A stretch of DNA of 64,000 nt from an uncultured archaeon (GTDB taxonomy: Archaea; Asgardarchaeota; Heimdallarchaeia; Heimdallarchaeales; Heimdallarchaeaceae). The position numbers and the translations under genes are program-made. The stretch spans positions 1 through 64,000 of the forward strand of contig CAZHRF010000006.1 of the NCBI GenBank assembly GCA_964534625.1, in the 5' to 3' direction. Position 1 is the first letter of the stretch, and every line of letters starts with the position of its first letter. This document shows positions 49,033-59,043 of this stretch, one piece after another. The notes beneath the pieces are model-generated. The model saw nothing but the letters and a program-made list of their open reading frames with translations. It ran no database searches and was not told the origin of the DNA.

Positions 49033-49353
49033 ATGGCAAATAATGATAAAGAAGGTAATTTGCGTATTCGAAGATTAGTGTTAGATGTACTAAAACCACA
49101 TCAACCAAGAATGGACGAACTTTCTCTGGTAATTGTTGGCATTCCAGGAGTAAATTCGGTAAATATAATACGAACAGAGACGGATAAATCCACAGAGGGT
49201 ATCAATGTGACAATTGTAGGATCTGATTTGGACTATAAACGTATAGAAAATGCATTAAGAGATTATGGCTGTTCAATTCACTCTATTGACGAAGTTGTCG
49301 CTGGTGAAAGCATTATTGATACCGTTGTCTTACCAAACGAAGAAGAATCATAA
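49033..49353 (+). CDS. DUF211-family archaeal protein
   Basis: IRRLVLDVLKPH...P, GCSIHSIDEVVAG. Confidence 0.88.
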   Translation: MANNDKEGNLRIRRLVLDVLKPHQPRMDELSLVIVGIPGVNSVNIIRTETDKSTEGINVTIVGSDLDYKRIENALRDYGCSIHSIDEVVAGESIIDTVVLPNEEES

Positions 49354-49553
49354 GAGAAATTATTTTATCTAAATCCGTTTTATATCTTTATTTCTCTCTT
49401 TCTTATAACGTTTCTATATATTAAAAATATTTAAAAAATCAATCAAGAGATATATTTAAGATATCTCTGCCATTCACTACTAAATTTTAATTTAATTAAA
49501 TAATATTAAGTATCAACATAACAGGATTAGAGATCATATTGATCGTAAAAAAA

Positions 49554-50120
49554 TTATTGGTCTCGGGCTTCTAATTCGTTAATAAGCCATATAAAGGATT
49601 CTTTTACACCTTTCCCATGTAATATAGAACAATCAAACACAGCAAATGTTGTATTTTTTAAATCCAAATGTAGTCCCAACATTTGTATCAATAATGGTGC
49701 TTCTACAGCTCCTGGTAAATCTTGTTTATTTGCTAAAATTAACAGAGGAACGCTTTCCATGTATGGATTATTGAACACATGTGTTTTCATAACCTCCCTT
49801 GCTTCAGGTAACCTTTCAATATCTGCAGCATCAATTACAAAAATTACTGCTTCAGTTCCCGGATAATGAGCCTCCCAGAGAAATCGAAAATGAGCTTGTC
49901 CAGCCAAATCTACTGCTGTAATAGTCCAATTTTCAAAAGTAAAAGATTCTATGTTTTGTCCAATAGTCGGAGTTAAATTATCATTAAACTTACCAAAACG
50001 CATATATCTTGTCAATGTGGTTTTGCCAGCACTATCTAACCCTAAAATAAGAATTTTGGCTTTATGTTCTTTTTTTAGTCTGGTCTTAAGCCACTGAGAG
50101 AACCCAGTAAACACACTCAT
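49554..50120 (-). CDS. Arf/Arl-family small GTPase
   Basis: G1 GLDSAGKTT, G2 PTIGQN, G3 DLAGQ, FRFLW, G4 NKQD, G5 CSI; N-terminal amphipathic helix. Confidence 0.93.
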   Translation of the reverse strand: MSVFTGFSQWLKTRLKKEHKAKILILGLDSAGKTTLTRYMRFGKFNDNLTPTIGQNIESFTFENWTITAVDLAGQAHFRFLWEAHYPGTEAVIFVIDAADIERLPEAREVMKTHVFNNPYMESVPLLILANKQDLPGAVEAPLLIQMLGLHLDLKNTTFAVFDCSILHGKGVKESFIWLINELEARDQ

Positions 50121-50516
50121 CCTATTATCAGTCCATCCTTTAATTGAAATAATTTAAGTAATTTTTAAGACTTGCTATTTTTAAGCTTATCATTCTTTAT
50201 GATAATTATAACCAACTACTTTTATATTTTTGTATACTCTAAGCAAGTTAGTGTTTAACATGTCAGACTAATTAATATACTATACTCAGTCTGAATTACT
50301 TGTTAACGAATATTCAGTACTACTTTAAAATATTTATTATAACGGAAAAGATTCATTCCTCTATTTACCTTCTTTAAAGAAAGAGGTATCGACAGATTTC
50401 ATTACAATTGGTTTAAATTAATACATTACATAGAATTTATTTGCCCGTTTATGTAAACATTTTTAAGAATCAATTATTCATTGATTTCGGTATTAAATTT
50501 TGGTGAGTGCTGCTCC

Positions 50517-50828
50517 ATGAGTCTTAATGATACTTCTGCAGATGAAGATTTAGAAATTGTTTCAAATGAAATAAAAATAGGGCCTGATCGGCTTACTCGT
50601 TTTGAACGTGCTAGAATTATTGGTGCTCGAGCTTTACAGCTCAGCATGGGAGCACCTGTCCTGATTTATATGGAAGAAAAAGGGAATAAATCACCTCTCG
50701 TTATTTCTGAAAATGAACTAAAGAGTAAAGTTTTACCAATTAGCATTAGACGTGAAAATCCTAACAAGACGTATCAAATAATTCCACTACAAGATCTGAA
50801 AGATGTACAAGCAATAAGAGAGATTTAG
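50517..50828 (+). CDS. rpo6: RNA polymerase subunit Rpo6 (RpoK)
   Basis: LTRFERARIIGARALQLSMGAP, ELK..VLPISIRR; start ATG 50517. Confidence 0.95.
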   Translation: MSLNDTSADEDLEIVSNEIKIGPDRLTRFERARIIGARALQLSMGAPVLIYMEEKGNKSPLVISENELKSKVLPISIRRENPNKTYQIIPLQDLKDVQAIREI

Positions 50829-51000
50829 TTTGACTTCTCTTCAGATGTTTTTTAGTAACGTCAATATTTAAGGCATATAAAATTGTATTCCGTAATTAAT
50901 TTTCTATCCCTATTATTTTTTGAGTGCTTAAAGGAAAGAAATAAAAAGAAATCATTTTGTATAATACATAAGTGTAAATTTCGTATTAGTTGTGATTAAT

Positions 51001-51309
51001 ATGGTTAAAATTCCAGATAAGATGAAAAAACATTGTCCAAAATGCAATAAACACACAGAAATGAAGGTTAAACAAAATAAAACTTCTCGTAGAGGAGGAG
51101 GAATGACAGCCACAGCACGTAAGGCAAAAATCCGTCGTCGAGGGTATGGTAACTTAGGAAAATATAGTAAAAGACCGGTTACTCAAACAAAAATGGCATC
51201 AAAAACCTCCCGTAAGGTAGATCTAAGATTAACATGTCCCGAATGTAAAAAAGTATGGGTATTAACCTATCCTAGAGCAAAAAGAGTAGAAATGATCAAA
51301 AAACGATAA
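51001..51309 (+). CDS. rpl44e: 50S ribosomal protein L44e
   Basis: MVKIP, HCPKCNKHT, GYG, KTSRKVDLRLTCPEC. Confidence 0.93.
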   Translation: MVKIPDKMKKHCPKCNKHTEMKVKQNKTSRRGGGMTATARKAKIRRRGYGNLGKYSKRPVTQTKMASKTSRKVDLRLTCPECKKVWVLTYPRAKRVEMIKKR

Positions 51310-51468
51310 CAAAACTTCAAATTTTTTGATATTTCATCTTTCACGTATCCAATAGTTTTTCTTTAAACATTAAATTAACATACTTTTTGTTATTAGATGG
51401 TTTCATGTTTATTTTCACTTTTTTCAATTGTCAAATCATTTAAATATACTTTAGTATGAACTACAGAT

Positions 51469-52611
51469 ATGAGCATGTTCTACGAATATGAAGCTAAAAA
51501 ACTTTTTAAGGATAACTCAATTCCAACGCCACAAATTAGGCTCTATGATGGTCTTGATAGTGTCAAAGAATTTGCCAAAGAGATTGGTAAAGATTCAATG
51601 ATGGCAAAAGCTCAAACCCTAGCAGGAGGAAGAGGTAAAGCAGGCCTTATCAAGAAGGTAACTGTTGATGAAGCTGAAGATTACATTAAAAGCATAATTG
51701 GAAAAGAACATAAAGGTTCTACCGTCAATAAAGTGCTTTTAGAAGAACCTGTTACAATCAAACAAGAGTATTATCTTACTGTAATGATGGATAATGCTCA
51801 AGGTTCTTACATGGTATTAGCTAGTCCAATGGGTGGTGTTGATATAGAAGAAGTTGCAGATAAGCACCCAGATAAAATCTTTAAGAAATACTTTGGTGTC
51901 AATGAAGAACCGTTATCTTACAAGTTTATGAAACTTGGGAAACAAATGGGTTTCGAAAGCAAAACATTGTTGAGATTTACACGCGTTCTTTCACAAATGA
52001 TAAAGATGAGTAAAGATAAAGACTTAACATTAGTAGAAATCAACCCATTAATTTTAACGGAAGACGATAAAATCATAGCAGCCGATGCAAAAGTTGTAGT
52101 AGATGGAAATGCGTATTATCGACATCCAGACATTGCAGAACTCCAGTCTCAACGTGATCAATACACAGACCTAGAGTATGAAGCAAAAAAAGCGGGTATA
52201 TCTTATGTCCAACTTGATGGCGAGGTAGGGATTATTGCATGTGGTGCAGGTTTGTCCATGGCAACTTGTGATTTGTTGAAATTCTATGGTAGTTCTCCTG
52301 CCAACTTTTTAGATGTTGGTGGTGGAGCTGATGAAAAAAAGGTCGACAAAGCGCTTGAAATTCTATCTTCTCAAGATATTAAAGGGATATTCGTTAATGT
52401 TTTTGGAGGCATAACACGAGGAGACCAAGTAGCAGAAGGGATTATTAGTGCCACTAAACGATTAGATATTGAAATCCCAATGGTTATAAGGTTGATAGGT
52501 ACTAATGATCAACAAGGTATTGCTTTACTTGAAGAAAATGGATATAATGCGTACGGAGAGATGGAACCAGCCATTAAGAATATAGTTACATTAACTAAAG
52601 GAGGTAATTAA
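51469..52611 (+). CDS. sucC: Succinyl-CoA synthetase beta subunit
   Basis: EYEAK, KAQ..AGGRGKAG, GGVDIEE, EINPL, GAGLSMAT, NFLDVGGG, NVFGGITR. Confidence 0.95.
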   Translation: MSMFYEYEAKKLFKDNSIPTPQIRLYDGLDSVKEFAKEIGKDSMMAKAQTLAGGRGKAGLIKKVTVDEAEDYIKSIIGKEHKGSTVNKVLLEEPVTIKQEYYLTVMMDNAQGSYMVLASPMGGVDIEEVADKHPDKIFKKYFGVNEEPLSYKFMKLGKQMGFESKTLLRFTRVLSQMIKMSKDKDLTLVEINPLILTEDDKIIAADAKVVVDGNAYYRHPDIAELQSQRDQYTDLEYEAKKAGISYVQLDGEVGIIACGAGLSMATCDLLKFYGSSPANFLDVGGGADEKKVDKALEILSSQDIKGIFVNVFGGITRGDQVAEGIISATKRLDIEIPMVIRLIGTNDQQGIALLEENGYNAYGEMEPAIKNIVTLTKGGN

Positions 52612-52612
52612 A

Positions 52613-53482
52613 ATGGCCATATTAATTGATAAAACAACGAAAGTAATTGTACAAGGTATAACAGGAACACAAGGACGTTTTCACACCAAATCAATGAAAG
52701 ATTATGGTACAAATATTGTTGCTGGAGTAACACCAGGTAAAGGAGGAGAAGAAGTGTATAACATTCCTGTTTTTGATACTATGGAGGAAGCAGTCAATGT
52801 TACTAAAGCTGAGGCTTCAGTAATATTTATCCCCGCACCCTTTGTGTATTCAGCTGCAATGGAAGCCATTGATGCAGGAATAAAGTTACTAACAATAATT
52901 ACAGAAGGAGTTCCTGTAAAAGATAGTGCAAAAATAAGAAATAAAGCTATTCAAGAAGGAGTTATTTTAGTTGGTCCCAATTGTCCAGGTTTAATTACAC
53001 CAGAAGAAAGTAAAATAGGGATTATACCAGGACAGATATGCAAAAAAGGTAAGGTAGGTATAGTGTCTCGTAGTGGAACATTAACATATGAAATTATTCA
53101 AAACCTTACTGTAAATGGATTGGGACAGTCTACTTGTGTAGGACTAGGAGGAGATCCAGTCCATGGTATCGATTTTACAGAAGCTTTAATGATGTTTGAA
53201 CAAGATCCACAGACTGAACACATTATCCTAGTAGGAGAAATTGGAGGAACAGGTGAACAAGAAGCGGCTAAATTGATTAAAGAGGAGATATCCAAACCCG
53301 TATATGGATTTATTGCTGGCCAAACAGCGCCTCCAGGTAAAAAAATGGGTCATGCAGGGGCTATTGTAACAGGTGAATCAGGAACTGCAGAATTCAAAAT
53401 GCAAATTTTGGAAGAAGCAGGTGTCATTACTGTAAAAACGCCACAAGAGATACCCGATAAAATCATGAAGAAGAACAAATAA
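52613..53482 (+). CDS. sucD: Succinyl-CoA synthetase alpha subunit
   Basis: VQGITG, GVTPGKGG, GPNCPG, SRSGTLTYE, MGHAGA. Confidence 0.97.
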   Translation: MAILIDKTTKVIVQGITGTQGRFHTKSMKDYGTNIVAGVTPGKGGEEVYNIPVFDTMEEAVNVTKAEASVIFIPAPFVYSAAMEAIDAGIKLLTIITEGVPVKDSAKIRNKAIQEGVILVGPNCPGLITPEESKIGIIPGQICKKGKVGIVSRSGTLTYEIIQNLTVNGLGQSTCVGLGGDPVHGIDFTEALMMFEQDPQTEHIILVGEIGGTGEQEAAKLIKEEISKPVYGFIAGQTAPPGKKMGHAGAIVTGESGTAEFKMQILEEAGVITVKTPQEIPDKIMKKNK

Positions 53483-53552
53483 TAAATAGATTACCATTTC
53501 TATTTTTTATATTTCTTTTTTTAACCCCGATATAGGCTAGGGGTTATACTAT

Positions 53553-54818
53553 CTAAAATGAGGGAGAGGGGAGATTGATTTCTTTATAATATGTTTTTTC
53601 TTCGTTTCTACCGAAACGTCTCTTTATACAATAATCAATTTGGATCCCCAGAGAAGTATTGTAATCAAACTCATCATATGGTAAGATTAATGTTCCTCCA
53701 ATTATCATATCTCCTTCTTTTTGATAAAAGGAATACCATTCCATAATACTAAGAGTCTTATTATTTTGTATACCTAAAATGGTGAAACTTTTCATCACTT
53801 TATTCCATGATCCATCATGACTAAAATAAATGTCTAAAGGAACATACACAATGCCTTCATTTATTGCGTGTTCATAATATATACCTGATGGTTTGCTTAC
53901 AAGAGATAAATCATAAATCTCCGTATCCAATGAGCGATCACTAATTATTGCATCTAATACAGGTATAGCAATTATAAGACCTATAATAATTGCAACTTTA
54001 ATTAGTAATTTCTTTCTTTTTTGTTTATTGGTAAACAAACTTACAGCACTTCTTTTGGCTTTATTAAAGGAATTTTCTAAATATCCTCCAATATTGAACT
54101 TGCTATTTTGTGTTTTTTCTTCTATTTTTGTACTCTCAATCTTTTGAGTAGTGTCTTGATTTTCTTTCTCCGTTTCCTTTTTGACATTAGTTTCTTCTTC
54201 TTTTTCTCCTTCTTTTTGTCCTTCTTTTTGTCCCTTCTTATCCTTATTCTCTTTTTCATCCTCGGGTGCAAAAAGTATGTAAAGTGCAATAACTACCAAT
54301 AAGCCTATCATTACGAACCTCGCAATAGATAATTGTGTCATCCATAGGCGCAAATAGCCTATTTTTGGTAGCATAAACACTGTTTTTCCGACTACTGCAT
54401 TATAAGGGATCAAGGTTGAAGTACTGTTATATTTATCAACAAATGTATTTGTATTGGGATTATCCCCACTTACTCTATAATAATAATTCATTCTACCTGA
54501 TTTTTCTATTATTGTTATATTCACAACCCTGTGAATAATTAAATCGCCCATTCCAAAAGAAGGGTTCTGAGATCGATAGACAATAACATCGCCCATTTGG
54601 ATATTCTCTGGTTTTGCTGCATATAACAAAAACATATCTCCCTGATCATAAGTAGGCCACATACTCGAGCGAGGGCCATTTTCAATGACAACAAATGATA
54701 GACCTAAAAAACCACCAAATATCATTTTAATTATCAGAAAAGCAAATAAAGCTAGCAAGGATAATACTAAGATCTCTTTAAAATCAATTTTCTTCAAATA
54801 TTTCTTCAATGAAGACAT
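53553..54818 (-). CDS. Signal peptidase I (S26B/Sec11-type) with charged linker and extra C-terminal domain
   Basis: SSMWPTYDQGD, IIHRV, SGDNP, VVGK...LPKIG; then a K/E-rich linker, a TM and a ~130 aa domain. Confidence 0.88.
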   Translation of the reverse strand: MSSLKKYLKKIDFKEILVLSLLALFAFLIIKMIFGGFLGLSFVVIENGPRSSMWPTYDQGDMFLLYAAKPENIQMGDVIVYRSQNPSFGMGDLIIHRVVNITIIEKSGRMNYYYRVSGDNPNTNTFVDKYNSTSTLIPYNAVVGKTVFMLPKIGYLRLWMTQLSIARFVMIGLLVVIALYILFAPEDEKENKDKKGQKEGQKEGEKEEETNVKKETEKENQDTTQKIESTKIEEKTQNSKFNIGGYLENSFNKAKRSAVSLFTNKQKRKKLLIKVAIIIGLIIAIPVLDAIISDRSLDTEIYDLSLVSKPSGIYYEHAINEGIVYVPLDIYFSHDGSWNKVMKSFTILGIQNNKTLSIMEWYSFYQKEGDMIIGGTLILPYDEFDYNTSLGIQIDYCIKRRFGRNEEKTYYKEINLPSPSF

Positions 54819-54967
54819 TGAATGAAGTTTAGTATAGAAGTTTAAAATGTTTTCTTATTGAACTGCCTTCTACCCGTGAAGAAAGGGAAAACAAAGCTAA
54901 ATTCAACCCGAGACACAAGTCAATAAAAAAGGGTTTATATGTGTGGCTGGTTCCTTAATATTATAAA

Positions 54968-55663
54968 ATGGACACTATCGCTAAATTATTTTTGAAATCA
55001 ATATCTTCCATTTATGAAGGTACAATCAGCGATAGCTCTTTTTATCCCTCGCTCTATTTTAATGATAATGATCATAACTCAATCTATTATGGATATCGGG
55101 TATCCAATATCCTTCCTTCCAGAATGTTTGTTCGTATTAAGTCTATAAAAAAATGGAAATATATGGACGTATTATGGTTAGTAGATAACTCAGAATTAAC
55201 TGGTGAGGGATGTACCACTTATGAAAAGAAAAAGAAGGATATAAATATTTATGGAGAACCTGACGACTTTATCAAAGTAATTACAAAAGATGCAACCATT
55301 AAAGCTTGTTTTCCAGATATTAGTAATGATAACAACTTATTTGATAAAGCAGTAGTGGGGAGTAGGGATTGTTTTAAAGAAAAGGGAGAACAATTGGGCA
55401 TTAATCCTGCTAGCATCCCTTGTCAATACATAGCCTTCTCATCTCTTCGAGTAGATAATAATTTAACAGATAATAAACAATATCAAGATAAAATCATATA
55501 CTCATTCCTATCTTTGATCGACCTTGTCCACCGGACATTAGATATACTTACAAAACGAGAACAAAAATCAAAAAGTAAAGAAAAGAAAGTTTTCTGCGTT
55601 CGGTGTGGATATTCTATCCCTGAATCTTCTTATTATTGCCCATTCTGTGGGAGTAAACAATAA
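54968..55663 (+). CDS. Hypothetical protein with C-terminal zinc ribbon
   Basis: FCVRCG...YCPFCG at the C-terminus; upstream TTTATAT box. Confidence 0.75.
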   Translation: MDTIAKLFLKSISSIYEGTISDSSFYPSLYFNDNDHNSIYYGYRVSNILPSRMFVRIKSIKKWKYMDVLWLVDNSELTGEGCTTYEKKKKDINIYGEPDDFIKVITKDATIKACFPDISNDNNLFDKAVVGSRDCFKEKGEQLGINPASIPCQYIAFSSLRVDNNLTDNKQYQDKIIYSFLSLIDLVHRTLDILTKREQKSKSKEKKVFCVRCGYSIPESSYYCPFCGSKQ

Positions 55664-55691
55664 CAAACTAAAACGCAATAAGAATAAAAAT

Positions 55692-56033
55692 TTACGTGTG
55701 GTACAATATATCAGCACGTTCAATTAACACTATACCCTCAGTTTGATCAGCTAAATCAAAAGCATTGGGGGAGAAATAATTAGAGACCACAAATGCAGCA
55801 TTTAAGTTAGATTGTTGTAATAAACGTTCAATGTGGATGATTTTATCTGTACCTACACTCCTTTTCCAATCTAAAATCCATACACCAATTAATAGATTAT
55901 CCACTAAAATAAGATACTTTAACGATTTTTGAGAGACGCCTTCAACTAAGGATAAGTCATCTGTAATTTTTCCATGCTGTTTTAAATAATCTATTGCAAT
56001 TTCGTCTAACGAGATTTGTTGATCTTGATGCAT
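55692..56033 (-). CDS. Small Mrr-like restriction-endonuclease-fold protein, apparently inactivated
   Basis: WKRSVGTDKI...AAFVVSNYFSPNAFDLA resembles the Mrr catalytic domain C-half; PD-(D/E)xK residues not evident. Confidence 0.55.
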   Translation of the reverse strand: MHQDQQISLDEIAIDYLKQHGKITDDLSLVEGVSQKSLKYLILVDNLLIGVWILDWKRSVGTDKIIHIERLLQQSNLNAAFVVSNYFSPNAFDLADQTEGIVLIERADILYHT

Positions 56034-56257
56034 AGGTCCTTCTCCTTTAAGTGATTTATAGATAGCTATTAAAGAGTTTGTATGATATCAATTTACTATA
56101 AGTCTAAAAAAAATAGTTATGAGATGAATAATAAAGACAAAACTAAATACTTCCAATAGGAGCATATAATATAATCTGTAAGAATAGAATAAAAGACGAA
56201 TGAATAGCTCTAAAAACCATACACAAAAATTAGATGAAAAATAAGAATATCTTAATC

Positions 56258-56578
56258 TCATTTTTCATTGGTCACATGTACAGTTCTCGTCACGTTATTA
56301 CATTTAATCTTCCATTCACCTGTTTCAGAAAAACTAGTTTCAACGAAAGTATTAAATGGAGTAATAACTTGTGCTGCCATAACATTAGGATCTCGTGTTC
56401 CAGTAACAAGAATGTTCAAGAGCTTATCGGAAATATTTACATCCAATTGTGGATCATTCAATTTCCATCCAGCATCAGAAAAAGTACCTGAAATAGAAAT
56501 AGAAACGGGTTGGTTTACCTTTACACTTGAACTTACGGAAACATCCGTTATATGGACAGATTTAGATTGCTTTTTCAT
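56258..56578 (-). CDS. Hypothetical beta-sandwich protein
   Basis: Alternating beta-strand pattern, AAQVITPF motif, AT-rich promoter upstream. Confidence 0.6.
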   Translation of the reverse strand: MKKQSKSVHITDVSVSSSVKVNQPVSISISGTFSDAGWKLNDPQLDVNISDKLLNILVTGTRDPNVMAAQVITPFNTFVETSFSETGEWKIKCNNVTRTVHVTNEK

Positions 56579-56918
56579 ATATATATAATATGTACATGTT
56601 TTTTAAAGATTTAGAACAAAAAGTTAACAAATTGTTCATGGGGTGAAAGAAAGATACCATTAGAGTTAGTAACAATTGACATGTTCATGTGTGTTGGTTA
56701 AGTTTATTGCTGTCTATGTTTAGTATAAAAGCATAAATCAAAGTTCTGAAAATGCTGAATTCAATATAATGTAAAAGTGGATTTTGATCAATTTTCCAAA
56801 GGAATATAATGAAAGAGTTTACTGAAAAACATTGATATTTTGGACTAGGACAAACATTATATTTTTAAACAACTTCCACTTTATAGTTAATTGACTAAAA
56901 CTTTTAGGTGAAAACAAA

Positions 56919-57347
56919 ATGTTGAAAAAATTAACAAAAAAACGAGGAGTTTCCCCAGTTATAGCAACAGTTCTACTTATTGCACTAGTCACAGCAGCAG
57001 CGGCAATAGTATTCTTAGTCGTTCTACCTATGATGCAACCAAGTGGAGAACTAATAGTAACAGCAAATGGCGATTTAGCGGCCTATAATGATACTAGTCA
57101 GACTTTCAGCCTTCAAATTAAAGCACTAGGTGCAGATGTTACAATCGATTCAATATCAGTAGATGGTACATCAACAGAAATTGTAACTACCCCATTAACA
57201 ATCAACAATGGTCAAACTAGAACGTTCACAGTACGTTGGGACAACAGTACCACTAATTTAAGTAGCACTAGTAGTTATACCATCACCGTCGCATTTTCTT
57301 ATGGTGACAGTGAGGGGCTCTGGACTGGTTCTCTAACATTAGGTTAA
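56919..57347 (+). CDS. Archaeal type IV pilin (class III signal peptide)
   Basis: KKRG/VSPVIATVLLIALV prepilin motif; S/T-rich globular domain with N-x-S/T sequons; GGTGA SD; T-tract terminator. Confidence 0.92.
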   Translation: MLKKLTKKRGVSPVIATVLLIALVTAAAAIVFLVVLPMMQPSGELIVTANGDLAAYNDTSQTFSLQIKALGADVTIDSISVDGTSTEIVTTPLTINNGQTRTFTVRWDNSTTNLSSTSSYTITVAFSYGDSEGLWTGSLTLG

Positions 57348-57462
57348 TACTAAATTCTTTTTTTCCCTTTTTCTATTTTGATTTGATGAATAATTTTCAC
57401 GTATTTGATTCTTTTTCTTGAAGGAACACCTTTATTAGTAAGTATTTTTTTTTAATGATTCA

Positions 57463-58164
57463 ATGTTCAGAGATTTAGACAATCCCAAAGTTTCACCACA
57501 ATTAAAACAATTACTCTATACACTATATGGAAATGAGATTTCCATAGATGAATTTGTTGATTCAATTTTAGGCGATTCTCAAGAATGTATAAGTTTACTT
57601 GAAGTCGAGGGAGAATCTCTTGGTTATTGCATTTGGCTAATCGATATTGAAACTGATGAAGATAATGAGGAGAGTAGGATTTTTGTTGTAGATGATCTTG
57701 TTCTCAAATCGTTTGAACAAGTTAAACAAGCGAGTAAAAACATCCCCTCCCTTATCAAAGAAAAAGCCCAGCAAACTAATTGTTCTCTTATTGATCTTTC
57801 TCTTCCCAGTCAATCTTTTTGGCTTATTCCTATTTTTGCTGAACAAAGTTTTGAGTTAACTGTTCTTCGTGTTAGTAAGGAGTTAGTTAAAAAAACTGAG
57901 TTTGTATCTATTTATACTAGCATTACCCAATCTATTTCTCCCCAATTAATCGAAGTGATGGTTTCTAAGGACGACAATTTTCATTTAGAGCTAATCGAAG
58001 AACCTAAAGATTATCGTCGTTTATTGAATGAAAATTATACGCCTGAAGTTGTCAGTATTATTTTTGACTTAGATACTTACGAACTTTTAGATCTTACAGA
58101 AAAGGTGAAAGAGATAACTGAATGGCAAGAATATGCTGTTTCTTTAATTTATTATTTCGAATAA
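57463..58164 (+). CDS. Hypothetical acidic protein, possibly degenerate GNAT fold
   Basis: LLEVEGESLGYCIW, FVVDDLVL, AQQTNCSLIDL follow GNAT strand order; acetyl-CoA motif A absent. Confidence 0.45.
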   Translation: MFRDLDNPKVSPQLKQLLYTLYGNEISIDEFVDSILGDSQECISLLEVEGESLGYCIWLIDIETDEDNEESRIFVVDDLVLKSFEQVKQASKNIPSLIKEKAQQTNCSLIDLSLPSQSFWLIPIFAEQSFELTVLRVSKELVKKTEFVSIYTSITQSISPQLIEVMVSKDDNFHLELIEEPKDYRRLLNENYTPEVVSIIFDLDTYELLDLTEKVKEITEWQEYAVSLIYYFE

Positions 58165-58271
58165 TATTCCTATGACGTTGTTATATCTTTAGTTTATTCT
58201 CTCCTTTTTGATCAATTTATTTGCTTTTTTTCAGCTGTATCTTTGGATCTATACGTATCTCTTATTTTCTC

Positions 58272-58973
58272 TTAAATTAGCCTTTCTACAATTTTTCTTG
58301 TTTCTTTTGGATAATTAGTTATTATCCCATCTACTCCTAATTTTATCATCCTTTCTATACTTTTCTCTTTATCTACTGTCCACACGTTTACTTTTTTTCC
58401 CATTTTTTTGTAATTCTTTATTCTTCTCTTAGTTAGCAACATATAATATGGATTAATGGTGTCTAGATAGTCTTTTTTTGTCATTTGCTTGTTTTTACAA
58501 AATGGAACAATATATAATAATCCCATCTTAAATTCTGCTTTTTGTTTTACTTCTTTTAGTTCTTCTAGCACTTTTCTCTTAAATGAGGTTATTAATATCC
58601 TCTTCTGATCTACTCCCGTTTCTTTTAGTAGTTGCATAAATTCCTCTTTTCTTATTTCACTTTTTATTTCTATATTCAATTCTATTTGGGGTATATATTT
58701 TTCTACTACATCTTTTAGCAGGGGTATTTTTTCTCCATTTGGCAATTTTACTTCTCTTAACCTATCCATCGTTGTTTCTGCTATTTTTATTTTATTTCCA
58801 TTTTCTTTTACCTCATAGTCATGATATATCACGTAGTGTCCATCTTTTGTTCTATGTGTATCTAGTTCTATCATATCTGCTTTTTGTTTAACTGCTAAAT
58901 CAAATGCTTCTATTGTATTCTCATATGCCTCACCCGAAGCTCCTCTATGTCCTATTATCTTTATTTTTTTCAT
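58272..58973 (-). CDS. glpQ: Glycerophosphodiester phosphodiesterase
   Basis: IGHRGA, ENT, ELDTHRTKDG, IYHD, NIEIK, WTVD, GVDGIITNYP. Confidence 0.93.
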   Translation of the reverse strand: MKKIKIIGHRGASGEAYENTIEAFDLAVKQKADMIELDTHRTKDGHYVIYHDYEVKENGNKIKIAETTMDRLREVKLPNGEKIPLLKDVVEKYIPQIELNIEIKSEIRKEEFMQLLKETGVDQKRILITSFKRKVLEELKEVKQKAEFKMGLLYIVPFCKNKQMTKKDYLDTINPYYMLLTKRRIKNYKKMGKKVNVWTVDKEKSIERMIKLGVDGIITNYPKETRKIVERLI

Positions 58974-59043
58974 TAGTATACTCCATTTTTCTTTTTTGGC
59001 TCATTTAAGAAAAACATTTTAAAAACTAATAAAACCTTTTCCT

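Noticed and set aside
49446-49468. AGAGATAT/ATATCTCT inverted repeat between convergent genes
   Set aside because: Short and AT-rich; at most an ordinary terminator element.
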